64,000 bases of DNA from Balamuthia mandrillaris. Its lineage: Eukaryota. The stretch spans positions 248,001 through 312,000 of the forward strand of contig JAVKOQ020000014.1 in assembly GCA_031835245.2 (NCBI GenBank), given 5' to 3'. Positions within the stretch are counted from its first letter, which is position 1; every line of letters starts with the position of its first letter. This document shows, in pieces, positions 1 through 11,204 of this stretch. The position numbers and the translations under genes are program-made. The notes below the pieces were generated by a model. It had not been told where the DNA came from and did no database searches. It saw only the letters and a program-made list of their open reading frames with translations.

Positions 1-423
1 ATGTGGAGCTGCGGCGTAGTGCTCTACATGATGCTCACGGGGAAGATGCCCTTCCACGCGTACTCGGACATGGACGTCTACCAAAACATCACGGCAGGAC
101 ACTACGACTCCTCCATCCTCCCCTCGGAGACCTCCAGGAACCTTGTGGAGAGCTTGTTGGAGCCGGACCCTCTGGTGAGGTCTACCATCTATGAGGTGAT
201 CAACCACGAGTGGATGATGAGCCCTCCCGGATTACACAGAGCAATGTCCCTCCCCGAGATACACAACGGCCAAAGCGTAGAGCTTCGGGCAACGCAAAAG
301 ACCCACCCTTCCACCCCTTCCTCTGCCTCTTCCAAAAGCAACAAGAGAGAACAAGGATCCCCACGGAAACGTGACCGTCTGATGGCCTCCCGGTTGAATG
401 TCATTATGGAAGAAGAGCAGTAA
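1..423 (+). CDS. Ser/Thr protein kinase (CAMK/AMPK-like), C-terminal part, truncated by the window edge
   Basis: WSCGVVLYMMLTGKMPF (subdomain IX) and LLEPDPLVRSTIYEVINHEW (subdomain XI), then a low-complexity tail and TAA at 421-423. Confidence 0.85.
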   Translation: MWSCGVVLYMMLTGKMPFHAYSDMDVYQNITAGHYDSSILPSETSRNLVESLLEPDPLVRSTIYEVINHEWMMSPPGLHRAMSLPEIHNGQSVELRATQKTHPSTPSSASSKSNKREQGSPRKRDRLMASRLNVIMEEEQ

Positions 424-853
424 GAAAAACTCTAACCTTCTTGCTTGTAAAAATACTTATTTATTGTTGTTATTTATTGAACATGAAACACATTCTGAGA
501 ACATTTTACTACTCCCGTCTTTGTGTTGCTTTAAAAAAAAGAAACGGAACGAACGAAACTAACACCAAAACAAAGTCCATTCCTGTGCCTCTTCTCTTTC
601 TTTGCTTTTTCTTTGAAGTATGGTAAAGCTCAGGGGACTTCTCCCTGGACCAGTTTGGCAACTTGCAAGTGGACGCTTAGTCGATATTCATTACCAGGTG
701 TAATGCAGAAAAGTGGATGTTCCCAGCGAAAAATGGAAGCAGGTGGTTTACAGAGGTTAAAAGAGAGCGTAATGCCTCATGTTAATTAAAATCTCACGTT
801 TAATTTAACAAAATTTTTAACTTCTCTTTGGAACCCACAACCCGACTCGCCAT

Positions 854-860
854 TATATAA
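854..860 (+). promoter_or_regulatory. TATA box of the 949-1278 gene
   Basis: TATATAA about 90 bp upstream of ATG 949; AATAAA at 1341-1346 after the stop. Confidence 0.55.
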
Positions 861-948
861 GGCACTCTTTTGGCTGACAGTTTCTCTCCTTACCGACAAC
901 AAACAAACATACAGACTATACAAAAGGCAAACTTAACTTACACTTACA

Positions 949-1278
949 ATGAGGACTTTCTTGCTTGCTGTGACCTTGCTGGTGGCCCTGCTCTTCGCAG
1001 TTGATGCTCGCCAGAACTGTTTCGACATAGTCGCCCAATGCGGCCAAGAGGTTTCCACCTGTGTCGCGAACGCTGGGGCCAACCTGGAGTCCGCCTGCAA
1101 CTGCTACGGCACCTTGGTGAACTGCTTGGAGGGCTGTGGCTTCGACTCGTTCAAGGATGGGTGCGAGCTTGTTTGCAGTGATGTTTCCAACTGCTCTGGC
1201 GGCGGTGACGGAGGCGACGGCGGCGACGGCGGCGATGGTTCCTCTGCTACCAGGCTGGCTGCTAGTTTGTTCTTCTAA
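949..1278 (+). CDS. Small secreted Cys-rich, probably GPI-anchored surface protein (109 aa, intronless)
   Basis: Signal peptide MRTFLLAVTLLVALLFAVDA, 10 Cys, (GGD)n linker, hydrophobic end SSATRLAASLFF, C-ending codon bias. Confidence 0.8.
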   Translation: MRTFLLAVTLLVALLFAVDARQNCFDIVAQCGQEVSTCVANAGANLESACNCYGTLVNCLEGCGFDSFKDGCELVCSDVSNCSGGGDGGDGGDGGDGSSATRLAASLFF

Positions 1279-1436
1279 AAGATTGCAACAGACCTCAACA
1301 AACCGCAACAATTGCTGTTCTGTTTATTTTGAAGCTGGTGAATAAAGCTGCTTTCTCCATTCATGCAAAAGCTTCGTCGATTTGCTTAATCTGCCTGTCT
1401 TCACCGATACAATATGGTACTAAGGGCATAGAAGGT

Positions 1437-2135
1437 CTTAGCCAGCGAGTTCATGGTTGCCATTCGCCTTTAGGGCGCAGGGGAGGGTAGATGTGGTGGC
1501 GAGGAAGAACGGCCACCCGACCACTGCAAACCACCATCCCACTGGCAGCCACGTTGCATCCAGGTCACCCGTCCTCTCGGGGACACTGAAAGTGGCATTG
1601 TGGTGGCTGAGGAAGCTTCACCATGGCCCTGCGATCTCCCACTCGGCATCTCTTCCTTCCAAGCTTTCGAGATAGCCGATGCAAAGTAAACGATGGCCGC
1701 GGTGAGCATCAGCAAACCGGAAACCTCCAAGACCGAGTATACTCAATACACGTTCACAACCTGGGAAGAAGAACCGCAACAACATCGAAGGGAGTAGAAA
1801 GGGCCACAACCAAGGCAGCCACAGTAAAGCAGAGCATCAAGAAGGCGAAGACCTCCTCAAAGCTCTCATTTCGTTTGCTCCTGTAACAGCGATTGCGAAG
1901 ACGAACCTGCCTTCGTCCGCAAAGAGCTAAATTCCTTCTGGAGAGGAAGATAACTCCAGAAGAAAACGTGGCTCAAGTTGCATTCATTCTCGTAGTTGCC
2001 TCCTATGGCAACGCTGTGAAGACGAACCTGCCTCCTATGGCTACGCTGCGAAGGTACCACGGCGTAACCAGAGATGAAAAGCAAGCCAAAGGCAATCCAG
2101 CCCACGCAACATCCAATTATGTTACTCCTTGCCAT
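1437..2135 (-). pseudogene. Frameshifted four-TM, claudin-like membrane protein gene
   Basis: Hydrophobic segments fall in different frames: IGCCVGWIAFGLLFISGYAVV / EVFAFLMLCFTVAALVVAL / EVSGLLMLTAAIVYFASAI / GPW*SF...WLPVGWWFAVVGWPFF, the last with an in-frame TGA. Confidence 0.45.
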
Positions 2136-2378
2136 TGTTTATCGCCAGTGGCACCGTTTCTTTCCCAGGCGCAGGCTATTTTCTGTTTCGTCTTCTCTGG
2201 GCGTTTCATTGCGTGTGCTTCCCGGTTGGGCGCCCTGTTGTTTGCTCGCCCCCTCTTCCTCCCTCTTGTTGCTGTGGTCTTCCGTTTGGGGAGCTGTCGA
2301 GCATTCCTGAATGAATGCTGTCGTTCCATCGCCCGTGTCGTCCTGAAAAAAAGGGAGCAAAAAAAAAAAGTAGTGAAG

Positions 2379-2580
2379 ATGAAAGCGCAAGCAGCAGTAC
2401 CGAAGCGGGAGAGGGGGGCGTTGTTGCCCTCAAAGGAGCACGAGAGGTTGGTGCAAGGGCTGCACGGCCTCGGGGCAAAGGATGAGGAGCTTCGCATGGC
2501 GAAACCGTTGGAAAAGGTAGGTAAGAGATCATGCACAAAGTTTTGACCGACGACGTCGTCTCGCTCACCCCGATTTCATT

Positions 2581-2619
<39 letters not shown>

Positions 2620-3353
2620 TTTCTCTCTCGCTCGTTTTAAAGCAACTTCCTCCGATCAGAGAAGAACTGCTGTTGACCACCACCCTGGACAAAGACATAA
2701 CCCATAAGCAGGACCAAGACAGAAAGACAAAGGCTCTCAAAGAGAAAGATGAGGTGGTTCTCTCGCTCCTTCCATCCCTCTGCTACACTACAGCTATTTT
2801 TTTCGTTTGGTGGTGGCTGATGGTTTTGGTTTTAAAAAACATCAAAAGGGCAATGGGTACTTTGCCAAAGGACAAATCCAAAAAGCTGTCGAGCACTACA
2901 CCGCAGCCATACTGCTGGACCCGCAACTGGTCACTGCCCTCGGCAACCGAGCCCAATGCTACATTCGGCTCAAGAAGTATGTGTATTTGTTTTGGATCCT
3001 CCCTACCCCTTCTTCATTCCGTTCTCTCGCTTTTCTCGTCTCTCTTTCTCTTCCTTCGTCATTCTCTCTTCGTTCTTGTTCCCTCTTCTTTCTCACTTTG
3101 GTGCTCTGCAATTTCGTTCTCTCTCTCTCTCTCTCTCTCGCTCTCGCTCTCTCTCTCTTTCTCTCTTCTCTGTCATAAGCTGGCAGCGAGCGATAGAGGA
3201 TTGTACTGCAGCTCTGTCAGTAGAGAAGGCAAATGTAAAAAACTTACTTAGGAGAGCGGTGGCATACAAGAACGTTGGCAAATTACAAGAAGCATTAGAA
3301 GATCTGGAGCAAGTCCTGTTGTTGGTATGATACTGTTGCTTTCTTCTGCACAG

Positions 3354-3395
<42 letters not shown>

Positions 3396-4375
3396 GGCTC
3401 ATAATGTTGAAATATAAAAGGAATCCAACAACAAACAAGCAATACAACAATTAGATGAACTCAAGAAGATGGTACCCTTTTCCTACTGCGTGTTATTACT
3501 GTTCTTGTTGTTTTTGCTTTTTTAACGCTTCTGCGTGTATGCTCGCGTTTCTTGCTTCTTCCTGACCGCCAAACAAATCAATGCACGATTAATAGACTCG
3601 ACCGCCACAAACACCACTATCACCAACAGCAACTTTTGAAGAAGAAGAAAGCGAAAACACTGCTCCTCTGCTTGTTCCCAAATCTACCACTCGAACAACA
3701 ACAACAACTACACCACTTCCAATATCCACCACTCAAACTCCAATAACAACATCGAAAACAACAACAGCACCAACACAAACGACAACTTTGCAAGAAACAC
3801 CGCTGCTAGCATCAACCACAAAGTTGCCAGAAGGACCACCCACTTCTCTCTACGACCTCGAAAAGGTTTGGAACTCGTTGAAAGGAGATCAAGCAGCCTA
3901 CTCCGATGCCACCACGGCCCGTTCCACCACGCTGAACCTGTTTTATGCTTATTTGATGGTACTTTTTAGTGGTCTTTGTTTTTTTGCCTTGAATGTTGCG
4001 TACTGACTGTATTTGTTGTTATGCTGTTGAATCTCTTTGTTGTTGTTTCTCGGGACATAGAGAGTGCCAGTGAATATGTACAGCAGCTTGTTCAAAGGTT
4101 CCGTTACCACAGAACTCTTCAACACGATTCTTTCAGCAGTAGCCACTTGCAGTTCCAAGTGGGTTCATTCAAAACTTTTGCATTCTCTCTTTCTCTCTCT
4201 CTCTCTCTCTCATCTGCTCTCTCATCTGCTCTCTCATCCGGTCTCTCACAACCGCTTTCAACAAAGGGATCCGCCAGCACAAACATTGGAAGTGCTTTCT
4301 GGTATTGCGAGGCACATGGCTCGCTTTGACATTCTTACTCTGTGTCTATCCTCTGCTCAACAAAAAGGTACCACA

Positions 4376-4410
<35 letters not shown>

Positions 4411-4541
4411 ATGCGAAGATCAAGTAACTGTATTTCTTTTGTTGGCTTGCAGAACTGTCTGCTCTGTTGGAGGAGTTAAGCAAACGAGTGCCAGAACAAC
4501 AACAAACCATCCACAACATACGCTCTTCTTACTCGCTTTGA
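2379..4541 (+). CDS. RPAP3/SPAG1-like TPR co-chaperone with RPAP3 C-terminal domain (multi-exon)
   Basis: Three TPRs over spliced exons (KEKDE-GNGYFAKGQIQKAVEHYTAAI, NRAQCYIRLKK-WQRAIEDCTAAL, LLRRAVAYKNVGKLQEALEDLEQVL); C-terminal PPTSLYDLEKVWNSL...YSSLFKGSVTTE...RFDILTLCLS; TGA ending at 4541. Confidence 0.75.
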
Positions 4542-4593
4542 ATCCAATCCATCATCAAATAAATAAAAAAAAGATTAAAAACAACAATACTGT

Positions 4594-5085
4594 CTAAACT
4601 TGACTGTCAGCGATGGGGTTGGCGTGAATGGTGACGGATCTTATCCGCACAGGGGTGATGGGCCGCTCGGCCTCATCCACAGGGACCTTCTCCAGGGCGT
4701 CCAGCGCCTCAAAGCCAGAGATAACGTGGCCAAAGACGGTGTAGACGTTGTTCAGGTGGCTGTGCTTCTGGTAGGTGATGAAGAACTGGGACTGGTTGGT
4801 GTCCGGCCCGCTGTTGGCCATGGAGACGATGCCCCGCTTGTTGTGCTTGAGGGAGGGGACGAACTCGTCCTTGAAGGGCCGTCCCCAGATGCTCTTGCCG
4901 CCTTTGCCCGTGCCGGAGGGATCTCCCGTTTGGACGATGAAGCCCTTGATGTTCCTGTGAAAGATGCAGCCGTCGTAGTAGTTGGAGGCGCAGAGGGCGA
5001 GGAAGTTCTCCGCCGCAACGGGCGCCTCCTCGCAAAAGAGTTCGATCTTGAGGTCCCCCAGGGTGGTGTGCAGTGTCACCGACAT
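4594..5085 (-). CDS. PPIL3: Cyclophilin-type peptidyl-prolyl isomerase, PPIL3-like (intronless)
   Basis: MSVTLHTTLGDLKIELFCE...FHRNIKGFIVQTGDPSGTGKGG...SMANSGPDTNQSQFFITY...VTIHANPIA. Confidence 0.93.
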   Translation of the reverse strand: MSVTLHTTLGDLKIELFCEEAPVAAENFLALCASNYYDGCIFHRNIKGFIVQTGDPSGTGKGGKSIWGRPFKDEFVPSLKHNKRGIVSMANSGPDTNQSQFFITYQKHSHLNNVYTVFGHVISGFEALDALEKVPVDEAERPITPVRIRSVTIHANPIADSQV

Positions 5086-5193
5086 TGTCCTTCTCTCTTC
5101 CTTCCTTCTTCTCTTCCTTTTTCTCGTGACGTCGTGAACATAAAAGTTTCATGTCGTCACAGGAAAAATACTCAAAAGAAACAAAAAAGACAG

Positions 5194-5266
5194 TGCCTTC
5201 TGTGAGGATCGAACTCACGACCTCCAGATTATGAGACTGACGCTCTACCGACTGAGCTAAGAAGGC
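5194..5266 (-). tRNA. tRNA-Met (CAT), elongator
   Basis: Reverse complement GCCTTCTTAGCTCAGTCGGTAGAGCGTCAGTCTCATAATCTGGAGGTCGTGAGTTCGATCCTCACAGAAGGCA folds as a cloverleaf, followed by a T-run terminator. Confidence 0.95.
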
Positions 5267-5564
5267 TCCTTAATATTTAGGGAGGTTTTGTAAGGTGTTG
5301 CCTCGGAGTTTGCGCTTGGTATTTGGGAAGAAAGAAGCGAAAGCGGGCAATAGGAGCATTGTACTTCCTTCCCTCCTGCTGGCAATGACGCTATCCTACT
5401 TCTCCTTTCTCCCAGCTCTTATATTTAACGAGCTCCTTCATTGTTTGTATTCTAACGGACAGACAGACAACACACATCTTTTCTTCCACACATTGTTTCC
5501 CTTCCACTGCACACCTCTACTCTTCTAACAATAGTAACGCCCCTGACGTGATAAGAAAGAAGTC

Positions 5565-6913
5565 ATGGGACCGGCAGAGAAGCAAGTGAAGGAGAAGGAA
5601 GAAGAAGAGGAGGAGGAGGAAAGCAAAACCCTTTCCCCCCTTCTCCAACGCTTTTGCGCTCTCCACCGCCTGCGACCTCTCCTTCAACCAGCTGACCGCC
5701 TTGCCGAGGAGTTTGGCCAGCTCACCGCTCTCACTCACTGCGACCTCTCCTACAACAAGCTGAGCTCCTTGCCGAGGGGGTTTGGTCGGCTCACCGCTCT
5801 CACCTCCTGTAACCTCTCGTACAACCTGTGACCGCCTTGCCGAGGGGGTTTGGTAGGCTCACCGCTCTCACTCACTGCGACCTCTCCTACAACCAGCTGA
5901 CCGCCTTGCTGAGTGAGTTTGGTCGGCTCACCGCTCTCACTCGCTGCGACCTCTCCTACAACAAGCTGACCGCCTTGCCGAGTGAGTTTGGTCGGCTCAC
6001 CGCTCTCACCTTCTGCAACCTCTCCAACAACGAGCTGACCGCCTTGCCGAGTGAGTTTGGTCGGCTCTCCGCTCTCACCCACTGCGACCTGTCCGACAAC
6101 CTGCTGAGCTCCTTGCCGAGTGAGTTTGGTCGGCTCACCACCCTCAACAGCTGCAGGCTGGATGGCAACCCCTTGGCAGCACTGCCTTGCTCCATGCTTT
6201 GGCTTCTTCCGTCCTTGAAAACGTCCTCCCCTCAACCCTTTCAGCGGCAAGAAGCGCTTCTCCAACAAACGGAAGAGAATGAGGAAGAAGAGCAAGAGCA
6301 GGAGGAGGAGAAGCAGGAGAAGGAGGAGAAGAAGGAAAGAGCGAAACCCAAACAAGCACCGGCCACGAGGTACAAGCAGGCAGCCGTGAAAAACTTGTGG
6401 CACTTGAGTGGAGAGGCGGTGCTGAGGAACCAGCTTTTGCCACCTGGCTTGTTGACCGCTGTTCGAGACCCGCCGCCCTTCTCTTGGCTTTCTTCTTCTC
6501 CTCTGAAGGTGGAGAGGACCACACGCCAGCAGCAAGGACCCAAAGAAGAAAGGAAAGAAAAAGAAGGGAGAGGGGAGGAGGTCGTGATAGGGGTGGTGCT
6601 GCCGGAAGAAGTGAAGGAAAGACTGCAAAGATTGCAGAGAAGATGTGATGTTTGTGCGCAGTTGTTTTTGGAGGTGGAGGCGGAGGCAGAGGAGGAGCAG
6701 GAGGAGAAAGAAGCAGCAAAAGAAGAAGGGCAAGCAGAGGAAGTGGTGAGGAGGCATTGGGACGAGGAAAGAGGAGTGTGGTGGGAGTTGTTGTGTTGCA
6801 GCCAGAGCTGCTTCCACTGGCCCCTTCCTGCTGCATGTTCCCTTGCACCAAAGAAGTTTCTTCTTTTGCTTTTCTTTCTATCTCTCAACACAACAACAAC
6901 AAGAACAACATAA
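5565..6913 (+). pseudogene. Leucine-rich repeat protein (about 7-8 tandem 23-aa LRRs) with frameshifts; pseudogene or sequencing error
   Basis: 69-bp tandem units encoding LTALTHCDLSYNQLTALPSEFGR; compensating +1/-1 indels in the first unit and a -1 indel at about 5828. Confidence 0.65.
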
Positions 6914-6986
6914 GGCAACAACAACAACATAAGACAACGTTATGCAGAAAAAAATAAAATAAGATAAGATACATGGTTCTTGTTTT

Positions 6987-9476
6987 TTACATGGCTTGCT
7001 CATGGTCGGTCTCATCGGCATTGTTCATCGCCTCCATCTCCATTTCGCTCAACTGTTCTTGCTTTTGTTGGTTGCTGGAAGAATTGGTGGTGGCTTTCCG
7101 GCCTTTCGAAGAGGAGTTTTTGGTGGTTGCTTGAGAAGCCTGAACCACCATCACTCGATGTAGTCCCCTGCCTCCCAGAACATCTTTCACGAGTTCGTAC
7201 CAAAACACCGGAATGTCCTTTCCTACCAAGAAGAGGAAGAACAACAAAGTGCCGAGCACCGATACTCCGAATCCTCGCATGAAGGCCAGGCTGTATAAAC
7301 TGGCCTCTTTGCTCAGCTCGCACTTCTCTCCGGTCGTTTGGTAGAGGCAGGTAAAGTACTCGTCCCATTTCTCTGCGATGGTGTCTTTGTTGGCGTCCTC
7401 CACGATGGAGTAAACGAAGATGCAGAGGTAGACGATGAAAAACACTCCCACAAACGAGGTCAAGCGGAAGTAAGTCGAGGAGAAGCGACGAACGGAATGA
7501 GACTTAACGCCGTGTTGAACAAGCTTGAGAATGGAAATTCCAAAGAGAATGAACCCGGTCAAGAGCATGAGACCGACCGGAATGAACCAGAATGTTATAA
7601 GGAACGCTGAGTTGTCCGAGGACGAAACGAAGCAACTGAAGGTTTGGTTTGGAGGTTTGAGTAACGGACGGAAAACGGATAACGCAAGAATGGAAAGCGT
7701 ACAAAGTTGCCCCAGGAGCGAATGATACTCGACTGGCGACAGCAGGAAGCAGAGCCAAAACGAAAGGAACAACCCATCCGATCACATAGTAAGCGATCTG
7801 AAGAATCTTGCTTCTTTCTCCTTTATGCTCCACCAACAACTTTAAAGTAATGGTATTATGAAAGGAGAAACAAGCAACAGAGATGAAAGAAGAAAGCATA
7901 AGGAATGAAAAAGAAAGATGACAGAAGAAAGAAACAGAACGCGTACCGCCAAGGTCATGTTTAGTGCAGTGAGAGCCCACCACGCTGTCGACGCCAATAG
8001 TCCAAAATGAATCACAAACCCTTGAAACGTACACAGTGGGTTATCAAACTGCAAAGTTTCCGAATCGAATGCAAAGAACAACATCGCATCAAACGCTCCC
8101 GAGCCACTGGTTTCCTGATCAGGATTCACTTCCGGAGTAGGTAACAACACCTCTCCATCTGGACTGCACCAAAAGGTTTCGTGATCGGCAAAAGTTGGCA
8201 GGAGGATGCCCCCCACAGCCAATAAAGCAGATAAAGCTGTCTTCATGATGAGGTTGGAAGGAAACTTGCGGAGTTTTGGGTTGAAGGCAAAGGACAAAAC
8301 GAGTAAGGCAGCTCCAATCTATAGTCATTATGAATAGAAAGAAATAAGTAAGGCAAACGGAATGCATGAAGCCGAAGTGCGAAGACAAGACGAACAAAGA
8401 GAGAGAACGCACTGCAGATATCCAACCAACTGCAAGTTGCATGCGTTTCAACGACTCGTATTCGTCTTCGGTATGAGCGGGCAAAGGACATTCAAAGCCA
8501 CAATAAATGCCCTCTCTCACCAACGGCGGGTAACACTCTCCCGTAATTATACCTCGGTCCAATATCGGATACTCATCGCACGGAACGTCAATGATGGTTC
8601 CGTCGATGTCGTAGGAGACAGAAGTGTTGGGGGCTGGAAACCAGCTGTTGTTCTGGGCGTAAAAGTCGACTTCGAGACAGTCCAATGGAGGAGCTTCGTT
8701 CGGAGGATACTTTAGAGTCGCTCCCAAAGGAAAGCCAAGCTTGGCCGAATGTTCATCACATTCCTCCTCTGGAAAGCCATAAGAACGAGCAAGAAAAGAT
8801 AGGAAGCACACGAACAAAACGAAAGAGAAAAGCTGGTTAGGTAGACGAAACAAATGAAAGTGCAGCACATCAGAAAAGTGGAGGAAGAAAGCTACGAAAG
8901 AAGCGGCACATGTTATCACATTTCTGTTCAGGCAGAGGATAGAACTCTATAAGAAAGAAAATGGTCAAATAAAAAGTTTCAACAGAAAAACGCAGTAAGA
9001 GCAAACCTCCATTTACTTCGATACAACGCCTAAAGTTTGTTCCACAGTTGACCCACATCATGGCCTCCTGGCAACCGAGTGGAGTGCCGCCGAGAGCAAC
9101 CGCTTTGGAATAGTCCCACACGAATTTTTCCAGGTCGGCCAACTTCTGGTCTGGTCTTACATAAACCATTGTGCCCTCTTTTTTTGTTTTCAAAACAAAT
9201 GGTAAAAGGAAAGAACGAAATAGCTGAGCACAGAACAAAAGTGACAAAGAAACGAAAGAAAGAAAGAAGGAAAGAAAACAAACAAGACAGAAAAACATAA
9301 CGCTTTACAGAAACAAAGCAAGAGAGGTCACCTGTAAGCCCCCATGCAGTACAGTCTCTGGGAACACCAGACCATGGCTCGCAGGTTCCTTGTTGAGCGA
9401 CGAGAGATCCGGGCAACAAAATAAGAAGGAGCAGGACAAGGACAATCCCCACAGCGAAGGAAACCGGGGCGGCCAT
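6987..9476 (-). CDS. Frizzled/Smoothened-like GPCR (signal peptide, Cys-rich CRD, 7TM; multi-exon)
   Basis: Signal peptide; CRD GTCEPWSGVPRDC...CQEAMMWVNCGTNFRRC; CGFECPLP linker; PKLRKFPSNLI, CTFQGFVIHFGLLASTAWW, YYVIGWVVP, FWFIPVGL as in amoebozoan FSL/FSC receptors. Confidence 0.85.
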
Positions 9477-10165
9477 AACGCTTGAGAGCTTTGTTAAACA
9501 CGTTAACGTGCTTGCGTTCTTTTACAAAGGGCCAAAAGAAAAAGGCGGAAACAACGGCTTTTTCATATAAGCAATAATAATGAAGAAAGCGAACATGATA
9601 ATTACACTATTAAAATTTAAATTCACCAATCAGGAAATTCCTCGTTCCTCCTGCTGACGTAAGCAATAGTTGATCGGATTCACGTCGACCTGGGACTGCA
9701 ATTTTGTTCTCTTTCTTGCTGCATTCCATGTGGTTGGCCTCCTCGCCCAGAGCATCGACGTGGTCCTCCCCTGGGAAGGCTACTCTCGGGGCTGGGCAGT
9801 GGATGAGACGTGGGTGGGTTGGGAACCGGGCGGCAAGAAAGGGGAAATCTCCCATGAGAGTAAACTCTTACGGGAATCTCTTGGAAAGGTCAAGGTTCGC
9901 AAAAACCGCATTCCTCTTCAGCATGCGCCACATTACGCACATAGGTTAGTCGACGAAGCAGTGGTCACGCAAAGCGAGAGGAGTGTTATATGCTGCCGTT
10001 TCTTTGTTGACTTACGCCTCACTTCATCGAAGAACTTGAACAAAACGAATACGGACATGGCCAAAGCGCTAAAAGGTGTGAATGAAGCTTACTCGGTGAG
10101 TCACACCAATGCAAAAAGACTTTTTATTGAAGACCAATTCAAAGCAACAATGCTTCAAAGTCCCG

Positions 10166-10759
10166 TCATTCCAAATCCGAGCTATTGGCAGACTCCCTCC
10201 TCTTCTTCTCTTCTGCTTGCCTCTTCAGAGCAGCTACAGCTTTTCGGGTCATATATCTTTTGTTCCTCTTGTCGAACTTCCACCCGAGCTCCCTTGCGAT
10301 CTCCTCGGTTGTTTGGAAGACCATCTCGTCCAGGTAGTCGAATATGTGCACGGTAATTTCCGTTCCTCTCAGCTCATAGATATAGACAGCCTGGTCAACG
10401 TAGTCGGTTCCGAAATGCGTCTGCACCGCTCCAATACGCTCCAAGTCCTCTTTGAATCTGTCCCATTTATCCCGGTCAAGCTCTCCGAGAACGGTGTGCT
10501 CCTGTCCAAACTCCAGCTCCTCTGCTTCGTTGACTGCTTTTTCTGGCGGGTTTCCCGGTACGCCTCTGGCCTCACGCTCTGTAGTCGTGAACTCCCTGCG
10601 AAAGGAGAAAGAAGAAGAACCGGTAGGGAGGGCTCGGGATGACCAGAAGCTGCGGTTGCTCAAGACCGCTGCAGCCCCCATGCACGAAGGGAACAGGCGA
10701 TGGCTGCTGCGGAGCAACGTTGCGTGGTTTAGCGAAGAAGCTCTAAAGCGTCTAATCAT
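10166..10759 (-). CDS. Hypothetical protein with mitochondrial-presequence-like N-terminus (intronless)
   Basis: R/S/L-rich, acid-free N-terminus MIRRFRASSLNHATLLRSS...FSFRREF, then a globular alpha/beta segment. Confidence 0.65.
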   Translation of the reverse strand: MIRRFRASSLNHATLLRSSHRLFPSCMGAAAVLSNRSFWSSRALPTGSSSFSFRREFTTTEREARGVPGNPPEKAVNEAEELEFGQEHTVLGELDRDKWDRFKEDLERIGAVQTHFGTDYVDQAVYIYELRGTEITVHIFDYLDEMVFQTTEEIARELGWKFDKRNKRYMTRKAVAALKRQAEEKKRRESANSSDLE

Positions 10760-11204
10760 GTCGAGGTGTGCTGGCTGTTGTGATGTGCGGAGAAAAAACA
10801 AACAGAAAAAAGAAGAAAAGTTGGGATGGAAGTATGTGGAACCACCAGCTGTTCTAAGAAAAGAAAGTACATTACGCGTTAATTAAGGCTTTCCAATGAA
10901 AAATCAAACGAATTTCATTTTTGATTGTCATTGGTCAGCGAAGCATTTAAGATCGCATTGATTTGATCTTTGAAAATTTCAAACCACGAACCAAAAATCA
11001 AAAACCTCGAATTTCGCTTGAATATTTTGTACGCTTCTATCGAGAAAAATTGGAAAATAATTTTTCCTTCCATTCGAAGATTTTTCCGTGCGTCGTTTCG
11101 CTGAGCAAGCTGCGGTGGATTTTGTATAAAAGCGTGGTACAGAACTGCGTTGCGTTTACTCACAAACAACAAAACAAAACAAAGGCTCTAACCACTAGAA
11201 AAAC

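Noticed and set aside
780..810. Imperfect AT-rich inverted repeat TGTTAATTAAA...TTTAATTTAACA
   Set aside because: Short and AT-rich, so plausible by chance in promoter DNA
1618..1620. In-frame TGA as selenocysteine or stop-codon recoding
   Set aside because: It occurs alongside several frameshifts, no SECIS was identified, and other genes use TGA as a normal stop
4600..5218. Long ORFs overlapping PPIL3 in other frames or antisense
   Set aside because: Shadows of GC-rich codon bias in the real cyclophilin gene
9610..10356. 228-aa plus-strand ORF, and an 81-aa minus-strand ORF with FPGEDHVDAL (kinase-like by eye)
   Set aside because: The plus ORF has no early ATG and overlaps a better gene; the minus ORF has no other kinase motifs
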